Positions 26,285-36,558 of a DNA stretch of 64,000 nucleotides are shown piece after piece. How positions within the stretch are numbered: the stretch's first letter is position 1; every line of letters begins with the position of its first letter. Under the pieces are notes generated by a model. The model made no database searches. It saw only the letters and a program-made list of their open reading frames with translations, and was not told where the DNA came from. This DNA is from Candidatus Sumerlaeia bacterium (lineage in GTDB: Bacteria > Sumerlaeota > Sumerlaeia > SLMS01 > JANRJK01): positions 44,491 through 108,490 of the forward strand of contig JANRJK010000053.1 in assembly GCA_033764015.1 (NCBI GenBank). Direction: 5' to 3'. Position numbers and translations under genes: made by a program.

Positions 26285-27571
26285 CTACTGGCGGATCTCG
26301 ATGTCCAGCCTCGCGCGGTCCTTGCCCGAGGCGTTGCCGGTGTAGAAGCGGAACGTGTCGCGGGTGGCGTTGTCCGATTCGTCGAGCTCGAAGCGGAGGC
26401 GGAACTGCGTCGCGCCGAAGCGGTTCATGGCGGCGAGGGCCTCCGGCGAGAGGAGCCAGCAGACGGTGTCGCCGTTCGCGGCGGGCAACGGCGTGGGACC
26501 GACTGCGGCGTCGGTGATCCAGGCGTGCGCTTCGAAGTCCTCGTGCTCGAAGCGGTAGGTCGGGCCGAAGTTGGCGACCTGGTTCGGGCAGACCATCTCG
26601 ATGTGGACGCGTCCGAGCGTGGTCGGGTCGCCGGCGAAGCTTTCGCGGGTGAGGCAGAGCGACGCGCTGGTGACCTCCGGCGTGCCGTAGCTGGTCAGCG
26701 TCGAGGTGTCGAAGGCGAGGAGCGCCTTGACCTGCTGGTTGGTGGCGAGGTCGCCGAACTCCGCCACGGAGTTCGCGTTGTCGGTCTGCACGCAGACGCC
26801 GGCGTTGGCGGTGTATTCGATGAGGACGCCGTCCTGTGTCGGGAGCGAGTAGAGGGGGTCGAGGAGGAGCGGCGGGCCGGCGGCGGCGGGGTTCTCGCCG
26901 CAGCCGTCGCTGGAGGGGGTGTTGAACTCGACCACGAGGTCGCTTCGGACGTGGCTGGTGCTGGGGGAATGGCCGCCGGCGCCGAACTTGATGTTGTCGT
27001 TCGCGTTGTTGCCGTCGGTTGCGTTCTGGAACTGGAAGCGGAACTGGACGTTGCCGCCGATCGGGACGATGGCCGGGTCGATCGGCACCCAGAGGGCGTC
27101 GCCCTGCTGTGCGTGGACGAGGACGGAGTTCGGAATCGTGGCGACGGGCGCGGGGCTGCTGGGCAGGGCCTGGAAGTCGGACGCCTGCCAACCCGCCGTG
27201 CTTCCGTAGAACGGATCGGCGTAGTAGATCTCGAGGTCGCCGAGGCCGGAGACGTCGCCGGTCCCGCCGTCGACGGTGAGGCGGAGCGTCGCGGTGCGGA
27301 CTTCCGAGCCCGGGACCGCGATGGTGAAGCCGAGGAGGCCGCGCTCCGCGCGATTGTTGACATTGTCACCGATCTGCGTGCGGCGGCCGGCGACGAGCAC
27401 CGTGGCGCCGACGCCCGGTGTGGCGCCTTCGTAGAGGATGGCGTCCTGCGAGAATTGCGAATCGATGAAGATCGAGCCGCCGTCGTCGGCGGGGGCGCCG
27501 ATGGGGGCTCCGAGGGTGATCGCGGCCACAGCCAATAGTGCGGAGCGCCACGAGTCGGAGGCGGTTTGCAT
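26285..27571 (-). CDS. Secreted protein with two tandem DNRLRE/CBM96-like beta-sandwich domains
   Basis: Signal peptide; two aligned units (S..QD..L.E...GD...N....LL.F....A.L.LT...DF...QFR..F....D....D...F..G). Confidence 0.75.
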   Translation of the reverse strand: MQTASDSWRSALLAVAAITLGAPIGAPADDGGSIFIDSQFSQDAILYEGATPGVGATVLVAGRRTQIGDNVNNRAERGLLGFTIAVPGSEVRTATLRLTVDGGTGDVSGLGDLEIYYADPFYGSTAGWQASDFQALPSSPAPVATIPNSVLVHAQQGDALWVPIDPAIVPIGGNVQFRFQFQNATDGNNANDNIKFGAGGHSPSTSHVRSDLVVEFNTPSSDGCGENPAAAGPPLLLDPLYSLPTQDGVLIEYTANAGVCVQTDNANSVAEFGDLATNQQVKALLAFDTSTLTSYGTPEVTSASLCLTRESFAGDPTTLGRVHIEMVCPNQVANFGPTYRFEHEDFEAHAWITDAAVGPTPLPAANGDTVCWLLSPEALAAMNRFGATQFRLRFELDESDNATRDTFRFYTGNASGKDRARLDIEIRQ

Positions 27572-27708
27572 CTTGGGTGTCCTTCTGTCTTGGGCTGGAC
27601 GTGGATGAGGCGATTTACATTTCTCCGCAATGTCGGCCGGTGTGCAACCGTAAAGGAGCTTCCCCCGCCCCGCTTGCCCGGCGCGGCGGGGGCGGGTAGC
27701 GGTTGCGC

Positions 27709-29391
27709 ATGACACTGGTCCTCCTTGCCACGCTGAACACGTCGATGGGCGCGGTGGCGCCGAACACGGAGCGGGCGCTCGCGGCGCTCGAGGAGGGCGC
27801 GCGCCGCGGAGCGGCGCTCGTGGTCTTTCCCGAGGGCACGCTCACGGGCTACCCCGCGAAGGACCGGCTGATGCGCGCGTCGTTCATCCGCGGGAACCTG
27901 GCGGCGCTGGAGCGGCTGGCGCGCGCGACGGCGGCGGGGCCCGCGTGCCTGGTGGGTTTCGCGGAGCCGCACCCGGAGCCGGTGAACGGGTTGCACAACG
28001 CGGCGGCGCTCTGCCGCGGCGGGCGTGTGGAGGCGGTGTACCGCAAGCGGCTGCTGCCGACCTACGACGTGTTCGACGAGGCGCGCTACTTCGACGCGGG
28101 GAGCGGCCCGCTGGTGTTCGGGCTCGAGGGCTTCCGGCTCGGCGTGACGATCTGCGAGGACCTTTGGTGCGAGGCGGGCTTCTCGCCGCGGCACTACGCG
28201 GGCGACCCGGCGGCGGAGTCGGCGCGCGCGGGCGCGGAGGTGGTGGTGAACCTCAGCGCGTCGCCGTACGGGCTGGGGAAGGAGGCGTCGCGGCGCGCGA
28301 TGCTGGCGCGGGCGGCACGGCGTTCCGGAGCGCCGGTGCTTTATGTGAACCAGGTGGGCGGCTGCGACGACATCCTGTTCGACGGGACGGCGTTCGCGTA
28401 CGGCGCGGACGGCGCGCTGCGGGGGCGGCTGCCGGCGCTGCGCGAGGACTTCCTGGAGGTGCGGCTGGAGCGCGGCGCGGACGGGGCGGCGGCGGTGGCG
28501 TCCAGCGTACCCGCGGAGGAGTGGGAGCACGGCCTCGACACGCTGCGCGGCGCGTTGGCGATGGGCATCGGCGACTACGTGCGCAAGTGCGGCGCGCCGG
28601 GGGTGCTGCTGGGGCTTTCCGGCGGCATCGATTCGGCGCTGGTGGCGGCGCTGGCGGCGGAGGCGCTGGGCCCGGGGAACGTGCACGGGGTGGCGATGCC
28701 GACGCGGAACAATTCGCCCGCGTCGGAGGCGGACGCGCGGGAGCTGGCGGAGCGGCTCGGCATCCGCTTCTCGGTGTGCCCCATCGAGGGGCTGTTCGCG
28801 ACGGCGGCGGCGGGGATGGGGCCGCTGTTCGGCGGGGGCGAGCCGCAGGGGCTCGCGCGGGAGAACCTGCAGTCGCGGCTGCGCGCGCTGACGCTGATGA
28901 CGCTGAGCAACGCGACCGGCGCGCTGGTGCTCGCCTGCGGCAACAAGAGCGAACTCTGCGTGGGCTATTGCACGCTCTACGGCGACACCTGCGGGGCGAT
29001 CTCGCCGATCGGCGATCTCTACAAGGGGCAGGTGTACGAGCTGTCGCGGCACATCAACGCGCGGGCGGGGAGGGAGCTGATCCCCGCCGCGATCCTCGAT
29101 AAGGAACCGACCGCGGAGCTGCGCCCCGGGCAGCGGGACGCGGACGACCTGCCGCCCTACGAGGCGCTGGATCCGATCCTGCGGCTGTTCGCGGACGAGG
29201 GGCTGTCGGAGGCGGACGTGGTGGCGCTGGGGCACGACGCGGCGTTCGCGCGGCGCGTGGCGGGGCTGTTCGACCGCAACGAGTACAAGCGGCGGCAGAC
29301 TCCGCCGGCGTTGAAGGCGGGTCCGCGGGCCTTCGGGTTCGGCTGGCGGCAGCCGGTGGCGACGGGGCCCGCGCCGCGGGCGGGGGGCTGA
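27709..29391 (+). CDS. nadE: Glutamine-dependent NAD+ synthetase
   Basis: Nitrilase domain FPE/YRK/ICED triad; GLSGGIDSA, ENLQSRLR, GNKSE, YCTLYGD, PTAEL. Confidence 0.96.
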   Translation: MTLVLLATLNTSMGAVAPNTERALAALEEGARRGAALVVFPEGTLTGYPAKDRLMRASFIRGNLAALERLARATAAGPACLVGFAEPHPEPVNGLHNAAALCRGGRVEAVYRKRLLPTYDVFDEARYFDAGSGPLVFGLEGFRLGVTICEDLWCEAGFSPRHYAGDPAAESARAGAEVVVNLSASPYGLGKEASRRAMLARAARRSGAPVLYVNQVGGCDDILFDGTAFAYGADGALRGRLPALREDFLEVRLERGADGAAAVASSVPAEEWEHGLDTLRGALAMGIGDYVRKCGAPGVLLGLSGGIDSALVAALAAEALGPGNVHGVAMPTRNNSPASEADARELAERLGIRFSVCPIEGLFATAAAGMGPLFGGGEPQGLARENLQSRLRALTLMTLSNATGALVLACGNKSELCVGYCTLYGDTCGAISPIGDLYKGQVYELSRHINARAGRELIPAAILDKEPTAELRPGQRDADDLPPYEALDPILRLFADEGLSEADVVALGHDAAFARRVAGLFDRNEYKRRQTPPALKAGPRAFGFGWRQPVATGPAPRAGG

Positions 29392-29394
29392 GCG

Positions 29395-32040
29395 GTGGCG
29401 GGCGACGGCGGGCCGAACCGCTACCTGCGGATCATGGCGCCGAACGCGGCGGCGCGGGTGGTGCCGCTGCCCCGCGACGCGCGGCTCCGCGTGGGGCGCG
29501 ACCCGGCCTGCGAGGTGCCGCTGGACGACCCGAACATCTCGCGCAACCACATCGAGATCACCGAGAAGCGCGGCGTGGTGGTGATGCGCGACCTGAAGTC
29601 GCTGAACGGCACGCGGGTGAACGGGGCGCCGGCGCTGGACGCGGTGCTGCATGTGGGGGACGAGATCGCGCTGGGGCACCACACGATCCGGCTGGTGGAG
29701 TCGCGGCTCTCCTCGGACCACGACACGGCGATGGAGGCGGACTTCCCGCTGCCGCCGTCGGAGGGGCCGTACAAGCTGGTGCACCGGATCGACCTGCGGA
29801 TGCCGGATCCGCTGGCGGTGCTGAACTCGACGCAGATCACGTCGCTTTCCGGCGACCCCACGCAGGCGGCGCGCACGTACAAGAAGCTCGGCGACGCGTA
29901 CCGGAAGATCGTGGTGCTGATGTCGGCGGCGGCGCGCGCGGGCACGGTGGGTCCGCAGGAGGAGATGTTCGACCGCTTCCTGGCGACGCTGCTGCGCTGC
30001 TTCGAGCTGATGTCGCGGGCGGCGGTGTTCCTGCGGGACGACACGGAGACGGCGCCGCTGCGGCTGGTGGCGGAGGACTCGCAGACCCGGGAGAACCGGC
30101 TGGGCCCGCACCCGTCGCGGGAGCGGCTGCTGGACGAGTCGGTGCGCAGCCTTTGCGCGATCTACGCGGTGGCGCCGCGGATGGACGCGTCGGCGGCGGA
30201 CAGCGACTCGGGGGGCGCCTGCTCGATGATGGTGGCGCCGATCCTGTCGCAGGGGCGGCTGATCGGGGCGGTGTACGCGGAGAACAGCGTGCGCGGCTAC
30301 GCGTTCGAGCACCTCGACCTGGACATCCTGGCGCTGTTCGCGTTCCACGTGGCCACGGCGATGGAGAACGCGCGGCTGCTGCGGCAGACGGACCAGGCGT
30401 ACGAGCGCGCCTCGAAGCTGTTCGAGGAGGTGACGCTGGACAAGACGGCGCTGCTGGTGGAGCTGCAGCGGAGCGAGAAGAAGTTCCGGGCGCTGTTCGA
30501 GCAGTCGGGGCTCGCGGCGGCGACGGTCTCGCCGGCGGACCTGTCGATCCGCGAGACGAACGACGCGTTCGCGCGGATGCTGGGGTACTCGCGCAGCGAG
30601 CTGGCGGGGCGGCGCCTTGGGGAGCTGGCGATGGACGCGCTGCTGGCGCAGCGGCTGGCGCGCGAGGCGGGCTCGCGGCCGCCGCCCGCGGAGCTGCCGC
30701 TGGCGACCTACGGCGGCGGCGAGGTGGCGACGCTGTTCGACGCGCGCCCGCTCGCGGCGGGCGAGGAGCCGCTGCTGCTGTGCACCTTCGCCGACATCAC
30801 CGCGACGAAGCGCGCGGAGCGCGAGACGCTCACGCAGCTCTCGCGCATCACGGCGCTGGGCAAGCTGGGCGAGCACCTGATGGCGACGCTGGAGGAGCCG
30901 CTGATCCTGGAGCGGGTGTTCGAGGAGGCGGCGGCGTCGCTGCCGGCGGACTTCGTGTACCTGGGGCGGTGGGACGGGGAGGCGGGGCGGCTGAAGCCGG
31001 TGCTGGCGCGGCGGCGCGGGCCGGACGGTTCGTGGCGGGCGGAGGCGTGCGCGCCGGCGGCGCCGCGCGGGGCGCTCGCGCGCTGCCTGGAGGCGCTGCA
31101 GCCCGCGCGCGAGACGCTGATGCCCGGCGAGACCAACCGCTACGACAACGCGCTGCTCCCTTCGGAGGATCCGGACGACTTCCTGCGCGACCGGCTGCAC
31201 GCGCCGCTGGCGGCGAGCGGGCGCCTGCTGGGCGTGCTGTCGGTGCAGTCGCGGGACTGGCGGGCTTACGGCAAGCCGCACCTGGACTTCGCGGTGTCGC
31301 TGGCGACGCTGGCTGCGCTGGCGCTGCAGAACGCGCGGCTGTACCGCTCGACGCTGGAGCAGCAGGAGAACCTGCGGAAGCTTTCCGTGCAGCTCCTGTC
31401 GGCGCAGGAGGACGAGCGGCGGCGCATCAGCCGCGAGCTGCACGACGGTGTGGGGCAGTCGCTCACGGCGCTGCGGTTCCAGATCGAGGGGCTGAAGGCG
31501 GCGGCGCGCTCGAAGACGGCGGAAGGGCTGCGGAGCGACGCGCACGAGGCGGGCGCGATGCTTTCGCAGGTGATCGACGAGCTGCGGGCCATCTCGCTGG
31601 ACCTGCGGCCGACGATGCTGGACGACCTCGGGCTGGAGCCGGCGCTGCAGTGGATGGTGCGCCAGTTCCAGGACCGCTCGGGGATCCGGGTGGACGCGAC
31701 GATCCGGCTCGGGGGGGCGGAACCGCCGCCGGAGCTGGCGACGAACGTGTACCGGATCGCGCAGGAGGCGCTGAACAACGCGCAGAAACACGCGCGAGCG
31801 TCCTTGATTTCCATCAGCATCATCGCGCACGATTCGGAACTGGGAGTGAGGATACGGGACGACGGCGCGGGGTTCGACCCGGCGCTGCTGCCCGGATGGC
31901 AGGCGGAGCGCGGGTGCAGCGGCCTCCTGAACATCAAGGAGCGGGCGCTCCTCTCCGGAGGATCCTTCCAACTCGCTTCCACACCGGGGAAAGGTACGAC
32001 ACTCACCCTTTCCTTCCCGCTCGACGGGGGTAGACAATGA
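29395..32040 (+). CDS. FHA-GAF-PAS-GAF sensor histidine kinase (HisKA_3 type)
   Basis: FHA (VGRD...ISRNH...SLNGT), GAF, PAS (EKKFRALFEQ), GAF, ERRRISRELHDGVGQ, QEALNNAQKHA, DDGAGF, GKGT. Confidence 0.93.
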   Translation: MAGDGGPNRYLRIMAPNAAARVVPLPRDARLRVGRDPACEVPLDDPNISRNHIEITEKRGVVVMRDLKSLNGTRVNGAPALDAVLHVGDEIALGHHTIRLVESRLSSDHDTAMEADFPLPPSEGPYKLVHRIDLRMPDPLAVLNSTQITSLSGDPTQAARTYKKLGDAYRKIVVLMSAAARAGTVGPQEEMFDRFLATLLRCFELMSRAAVFLRDDTETAPLRLVAEDSQTRENRLGPHPSRERLLDESVRSLCAIYAVAPRMDASAADSDSGGACSMMVAPILSQGRLIGAVYAENSVRGYAFEHLDLDILALFAFHVATAMENARLLRQTDQAYERASKLFEEVTLDKTALLVELQRSEKKFRALFEQSGLAAATVSPADLSIRETNDAFARMLGYSRSELAGRRLGELAMDALLAQRLAREAGSRPPPAELPLATYGGGEVATLFDARPLAAGEEPLLLCTFADITATKRAERETLTQLSRITALGKLGEHLMATLEEPLILERVFEEAAASLPADFVYLGRWDGEAGRLKPVLARRRGPDGSWRAEACAPAAPRGALARCLEALQPARETLMPGETNRYDNALLPSEDPDDFLRDRLHAPLAASGRLLGVLSVQSRDWRAYGKPHLDFAVSLATLAALALQNARLYRSTLEQQENLRKLSVQLLSAQEDERRRISRELHDGVGQSLTALRFQIEGLKAAARSKTAEGLRSDAHEAGAMLSQVIDELRAISLDLRPTMLDDLGLEPALQWMVRQFQDRSGIRVDATIRLGGAEPPPELATNVYRIAQEALNNAQKHARASLISISIIAHDSELGVRIRDDGAGFDPALLPGWQAERGCSGLLNIKERALLSGGSFQLASTPGKGTTLTLSFPLDGGRQ

Positions 32041-32714
32041 TGACCAAGGCGGACACGCTCCGAGTGCTGATCGCCGACGACCACGCGATCGTCCGGCAGG
32101 GCCTGAAGCGGCTCCTCGAATCCGAAGAGGGCATCGAAGTGGTCGGCGAGGCGCCGGACGGGCGCACCGCCGTGGCCATGGCGGTGGAACTACAGCCGAC
32201 CGTGGTGGTGATGGACGTCTCCATGCCGGGCCTGAACGGCCTGGAGGCGACGCGCCAGATGCTGAAGAAGGCGCCCAAGACGCGGGTGCTGATCCTCAGC
32301 ATGCACAAGAACGAGGCCTACGTGCTGCAGGCGCTGCGCAACGGCGCCAGCGGCTACCTGCTGAAGGACTCGGGCGCGGAGGAGATCGCCAACGCGCTGC
32401 GCGCCCTCGCCCGCGGCGAAAGCTACCTGTCGCCCTCGATCAGCAGGGTGATCATCGACGACTACCTGCGGCTCAACACGGACGGCGAAGGCAGCAAGCG
32501 CCCGCTGTACGAGTCGCTCACCGCCCGCGAACGGGAGATCTTCCAGCTCCTGGCGGAGGGCATGAAGAACCACGAGGTGGCCGACAAGCTCAACGTCTCG
32601 GTGAAGACGGTCGAGACGCACCGCGCCCACATCATGGAGAAGCTCGCGCTCGGCAACGTGGCCGAGCTGGTGAAGTACGCCATCGAGATCGGCGTCGTCC
32701 AGATCGATCAATAG
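32037..32714 (+). CDS. NarL/LuxR-family response regulator
   Basis: ADDH, MDVSMP, LK, LTAREREI...KTVETHRAHIMEKL; ATGA overlap with the kinase. Confidence 0.96.
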   Translation: MMTKADTLRVLIADDHAIVRQGLKRLLESEEGIEVVGEAPDGRTAVAMAVELQPTVVVMDVSMPGLNGLEATRQMLKKAPKTRVLILSMHKNEAYVLQALRNGASGYLLKDSGAEEIANALRALARGESYLSPSISRVIIDDYLRLNTDGEGSKRPLYESLTAREREIFQLLAEGMKNHEVADKLNVSVKTVETHRAHIMEKLALGNVAELVKYAIEIGVVQIDQ

Positions 32715-32798
32715 TTGTCTCGCGCCCCGGGACGGCAGCATTATCGCGCCGCGGCGGACAACTCGCCGCGGCATTCCTTTTCCAACCGCCCGGACGCC

Positions 32799-34694
32799 AT
32801 GCCGCACCCCTTCCAAGACGCCTTCGCGCGCCTCGACACCGAGGCGATCCTCGAGCTTTCCCGCACCCTCGCGCCGGACGCGGACGACTGCTCGCGCGTG
32901 GCGGCCGCCTTCGGCGCGCTCGCCGACGGGGAGCCGGACCGCGCGGCGGAGCTGCTCGAGGGGCTCGCCGGCGACGGCACGGCCCCGGAGGCGGACGCCG
33001 CCTACGTGCGCGGGTTCCTCCTCGCGTCGCAGGGGCTGATCGACGAGGCGGCGGAGGTGCTCGAGGCCCGCATGGCCGACCCGGACGCGACGCACGGCAG
33101 CCGCATGCGGCTGCGCGCCGCGGAATGCCGCATCAAGTCGGGGCAGCTCCAGACCGCCGTGGACGACCTGCAGCCGCTCCTGGTCCCGCCCGGCTGCGAT
33201 GACACGCTCGAGGCGCACTTCCTCGCGCTCGAGGCGATGCTGCTGTCCGACTGGGAGAAGGAGAAGATCGTCGAGGAGGTGTCGCTGCTGGACGCGCTGC
33301 TGGAGCGCGGCTTCCGCATGCGGGAGGGCGAGAACGTGCTGGCCGCGGCGGACCTGCTGGCGCGCCACCGCATCGAGGGCGTGCAGGAGCGGCTCTACGC
33401 CGCGCACCGGCACCTGATCGAGGCGATCCGCACGGAGGACCCGGAGGAGATCCGCCACCTGTACGCGGAGGGGGCGAAGTGGAAGAACGGCGGCCTGCTG
33501 ATCGCCGCCGCGCGCTCCTACGAGGAGGCGCCCTTCGCCTGGCCGGAGGAGCAGGCGGAGGCCGCCGCCTTCCAGTTCGCGCACCACGAGGAGTTCCGCG
33601 CGGCGAAGCTGCTGCTGGAGGCCACCTTCGACGAGGACACGGTGCACGCCAACGGCGACCTGTGGGGGCCGCTGCTGCTCTGCTGCTACCATGGCGAGCT
33701 GTGGCGCGAGGCGCTCGGCGCGATGGAGCGCCACGCGGAGGAGATCGCCGCGTCGCCGCAGGCGGAGGGCACGCGCCTGATGCGCGCGGTGGCGCTGCAC
33801 CACCTCGGGCGCCACGCCGAGGCCGCGGCGGAGTTCGACGCGCTCGGTCCCGCGCTGGCGGAGCTGGCGGAGCCGCACGAGGCCGCCGCCGCGGTGAAGG
33901 CGCTGCGCGCCGCCGGGCGCCCGGAGCAGGCCGCGGAGCGGGCCCGCGCGCTGCTCGCCGCCGCCTCGGACCGCCCCGACTGGACGCCCTATTTCCTCAA
34001 CGCGCTGGTGAACGAATCGATGTTCTCCGGCGACCCGGCGCTCTTCCGCGACGCGGTCGACCTGGCCACCGGGGCGCTGCCGCGGCCGGCGCTGGCGGAC
34101 CACCTGGCCGCGCTCGGCGAGCTGGCGCTGGCGTGGTGCCTCCCGGTGGCCACGCGCGCCGCCGCGGACGCGCTGGCGCCGCTGGACGGCGCGCGGGCGG
34201 AGCTGCTGCGCGCGCTGGCGGACGCGGACGGATCCGCCGCCGCCGCGGAGGGGGCGCTCGCCGCGCTGGAGCGCCTCGGCGCCGCGCCGGGCCGCACCGC
34301 CGCCGAGGCCCACTGGCACCGCGCGCGGCTGCTGTACCGCATGGGGCGCGACCGGGAGGCGATGGGGGCCGCGCGGCTGGCCGCGGACTCCCCCGGCACC
34401 GCGCGCCGGCACCTCGCGCTGGAACTCGCCGCCCGACTGCTCGAAGCGTCGGACCTCGACGCGGCGATCTCGCTGCGCAACGAGGCCCGCGCCGCCACCG
34501 CCCCTCCCCGCGCCGGGCGCGACGCCAGCGCGCTCCGCGAGGACGAACGCCGACACGCGCTCGACGAGGAGCGCGCCGACTCGCTCGCCGCCCGCCTGGA
34601 GACGGTCCGCGACCGCGCCCCGGACTCGTCGGAAACGCAACGGCTGGAGCGGCGCCTGGCCTGGCTGCGGGACTGGGCCGCGCCGCAGGGGTGA
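32799..34694 (+). CDS. Hypothetical alpha-helical (TPR-like) protein
   Basis: Long ORF with coding-like codon usage and Ala/Leu/Glu-rich helical repeats. Confidence 0.7.
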   Translation: MPHPFQDAFARLDTEAILELSRTLAPDADDCSRVAAAFGALADGEPDRAAELLEGLAGDGTAPEADAAYVRGFLLASQGLIDEAAEVLEARMADPDATHGSRMRLRAAECRIKSGQLQTAVDDLQPLLVPPGCDDTLEAHFLALEAMLLSDWEKEKIVEEVSLLDALLERGFRMREGENVLAAADLLARHRIEGVQERLYAAHRHLIEAIRTEDPEEIRHLYAEGAKWKNGGLLIAAARSYEEAPFAWPEEQAEAAAFQFAHHEEFRAAKLLLEATFDEDTVHANGDLWGPLLLCCYHGELWREALGAMERHAEEIAASPQAEGTRLMRAVALHHLGRHAEAAAEFDALGPALAELAEPHEAAAAVKALRAAGRPEQAAERARALLAAASDRPDWTPYFLNALVNESMFSGDPALFRDAVDLATGALPRPALADHLAALGELALAWCLPVATRAAADALAPLDGARAELLRALADADGSAAAAEGALAALERLGAAPGRTAAEAHWHRARLLYRMGRDREAMGAARLAADSPGTARRHLALELAARLLEASDLDAAISLRNEARAATAPPRAGRDASALREDERRHALDEERADSLAARLETVRDRAPDSSETQRLERRLAWLRDWAAPQG

Positions 34695-34794
34695 AGGGGC
34701 TTACCGCGCCCCGGGACGCGGCCAAGCCTTACCCGGATCCACGAACGACTACGTTACCGAAGCCTTGGCCGCAGGGCTTTGGGCGCTCCCACCA

Positions 34795-35614
34795 CTACTT
34801 CCCGCCCTTCCCGAAGACCTTCATCACTTGCTGGAGGTCTTCCCAGACGGGGCGTTTGGCGGCGGGGTTCCGTAGGAGGTAGGATGGGTGGTAGGTGGGC
34901 ATGGCGTCGGCGGGGCCGAATTTGAGCCATTGGCCGCGGAGTTTGGTGATGCCGGTCTTGGCGTGTTCGGGGAAGAGGGCGCCGACGGCGGTGGCTCCGA
35001 GGCAGACCATGACGCGGGGGCGGATCACGTCGAGCTGGCGGCGGAGGTAGGGGAGGCAGGCGTCCATTTCCTCGGGGAGGGGGGCGCGGTTGCCGGGGGG
35101 GCGGCATTTGACGATGTTGAGGATGAAGACTTCGGAGCGCTGGTAGCCCATCGCCTCGATCATCTTCGTGAGGAGCTGGCCGGCGCGGCCGACGAAGGGG
35201 ATGCCGGACTGGTCCTCGTCGGCGCCGGGGCCTTCGCCGACGAAGACGAGGGGCGACAGGGGGTCTCCGTCGCCGGGGACGGTCTTGTTGCGCCCGTGGC
35301 AGAGGCCGCAGGCGCGGCAGCCGTCGATTTCGGCGGCGATGGCGGCGAGCGCTCCGAGGCGCTCCTCGCGGGTGGCGAGGTTGGGGCCGCGCCAGTCGGC
35401 GGGGGGTTCGAGGAGGGTGGACGGCAGGGGCGCGGCGGGCGGGCGCTTGGTGGCGCCGCGGGGCGCGGGCTCGGCGGGGGGGCGTTCCGTCGTGGCCGGG
35501 CTGTCGGCGCGGCGGGCCGGTGCGCCGGCGGGGGGGGGCTTCGAGCGGTTCCGTGGCGAGGAAGCCGAGGCCGCGGAGGATGCGCGCGCGGGCGCGGAGG
35601 TCGGCGCCGCTCAC
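34795..35614 (-). pseudogene. udg: Uracil-DNA glycosylase family 4, frameshifted at a G9 run (35530-35538)
   Basis: CRACGLC, FVGEGPGADED...PFVGRAG, NIVKCRPPGNR, TYHPSY are in one frame that has no ATG/GTG/TTG upstream of 35163; GTG 35614 opens another frame that joins it if one G is removed. Confidence 0.8.
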
Positions 35615-36549
35615 CGGATGCGCTCCGCCTCGAGGTCGAGCACCGCGAGCGCCCAGTCGCCGAACTCGTCCCTGCGCATGCCGAAGCGGATGGTGCGGAC
35701 GCGGGAGGTGGTGGGGTCGTAGCCGCGTTCGGCGAGGGCGCGGACCTCGAGGGCTGCCATGATGCCGATCGCCTTGGGGGAAAGGGTGAAGACGTCCCAG
35801 GTGCCCTCGGTGGCGGTGGCGGTGGTGTAGGTTCCTTCCCGGGTGGTGGCGGCGTTGAGGAAGGAGCGCCCCGCCTGGGGGCGGATGTGGCGCGTTTCGA
35901 TGCTGATGTCGTAGCGCCGGCGGAGCGCGGCTTCGGCTTCCTCCTCGGGGAGGTCGGAGAGGTCGATGGTGCGGATCACTCCGGCGAGGCCACCGTCCGA
36001 GACGATGCTGAATTCGCGGGCGGCGGCGTCGACCGCGTGGCGTTCCAGCGTTTGGGCCATCTCGCCCTTGCGCTTGCGGAGCCCGGCGGCCTCCTCGCCG
36101 ATCTCGAGGTGCAGCTCGGCGAGGCGCCCCCGCTCCGCCGCCTTGGGAACCCACGTCGCGAAGCGGTCGTCCGGCGCGGCTTCCGGCAGCGGATCGAACA
36201 GCCCGGGGGCGGACTGGGCGAGTTCCTCGACGAGGTCCTCGGCGTCCTCTTGGGCGGCGTCGGGGAGCCGTGTGGCGGCGGCCTCCTCGAAGGGGGCGGG
36301 CTCGTCCATGGGGAGCGGCTGCTCGACGGGGGGGACGGCGGGGTCGTCCAGCACGATGGTGACGTCCCACTCGTCGTCGGGCGGCGCGTCGGCGCCGATG
36401 GTGGCGGTGCGGATGGCGAGCGCGGCGAGGAGCAGGGCGACGGCGAGGAAGCCCGCGGCGTGCGCGGCGACGCGCTCGCCGAGGGGTGGCGGCGGGCGCC
36501 GGCGGATTTCGCGGAGCGGCGCGGGCAGTGCGTGGAACGCGGCGGCCAC
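35611..36549 (-). CDS. Hypothetical membrane-anchored protein
   Basis: Hydrophobic segment near the N-terminus, acidic Pro-rich linker; tightly packed between neighbours. Confidence 0.65.
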   Translation of the reverse strand: MAAAFHALPAPLREIRRRPPPPLGERVAAHAAGFLAVALLLAALAIRTATIGADAPPDDEWDVTIVLDDPAVPPVEQPLPMDEPAPFEEAAATRLPDAAQEDAEDLVEELAQSAPGLFDPLPEAAPDDRFATWVPKAAERGRLAELHLEIGEEAAGLRKRKGEMAQTLERHAVDAAAREFSIVSDGGLAGVIRTIDLSDLPEEEAEAALRRRYDISIETRHIRPQAGRSFLNAATTREGTYTTATATEGTWDVFTLSPKAIGIMAALEVRALAERGYDPTTSRVRTIRFGMRRDEFGDWALAVLDLEAERIR

Positions 36550-36558
36550 GGCGGGTCG

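Noticed and set aside
26695..32037. 1780-aa minus-strand ORF
   Set aside because: Mostly an antisense shadow of nadE and the histidine kinase; Arg/Pro-rich with no motifs, as expected in high-GC DNA.
34795..35163. UDG as a 122-aa protein
   Set aside because: Would lack the Fe-S cysteines and GEGPG motif found upstream in the same frame.
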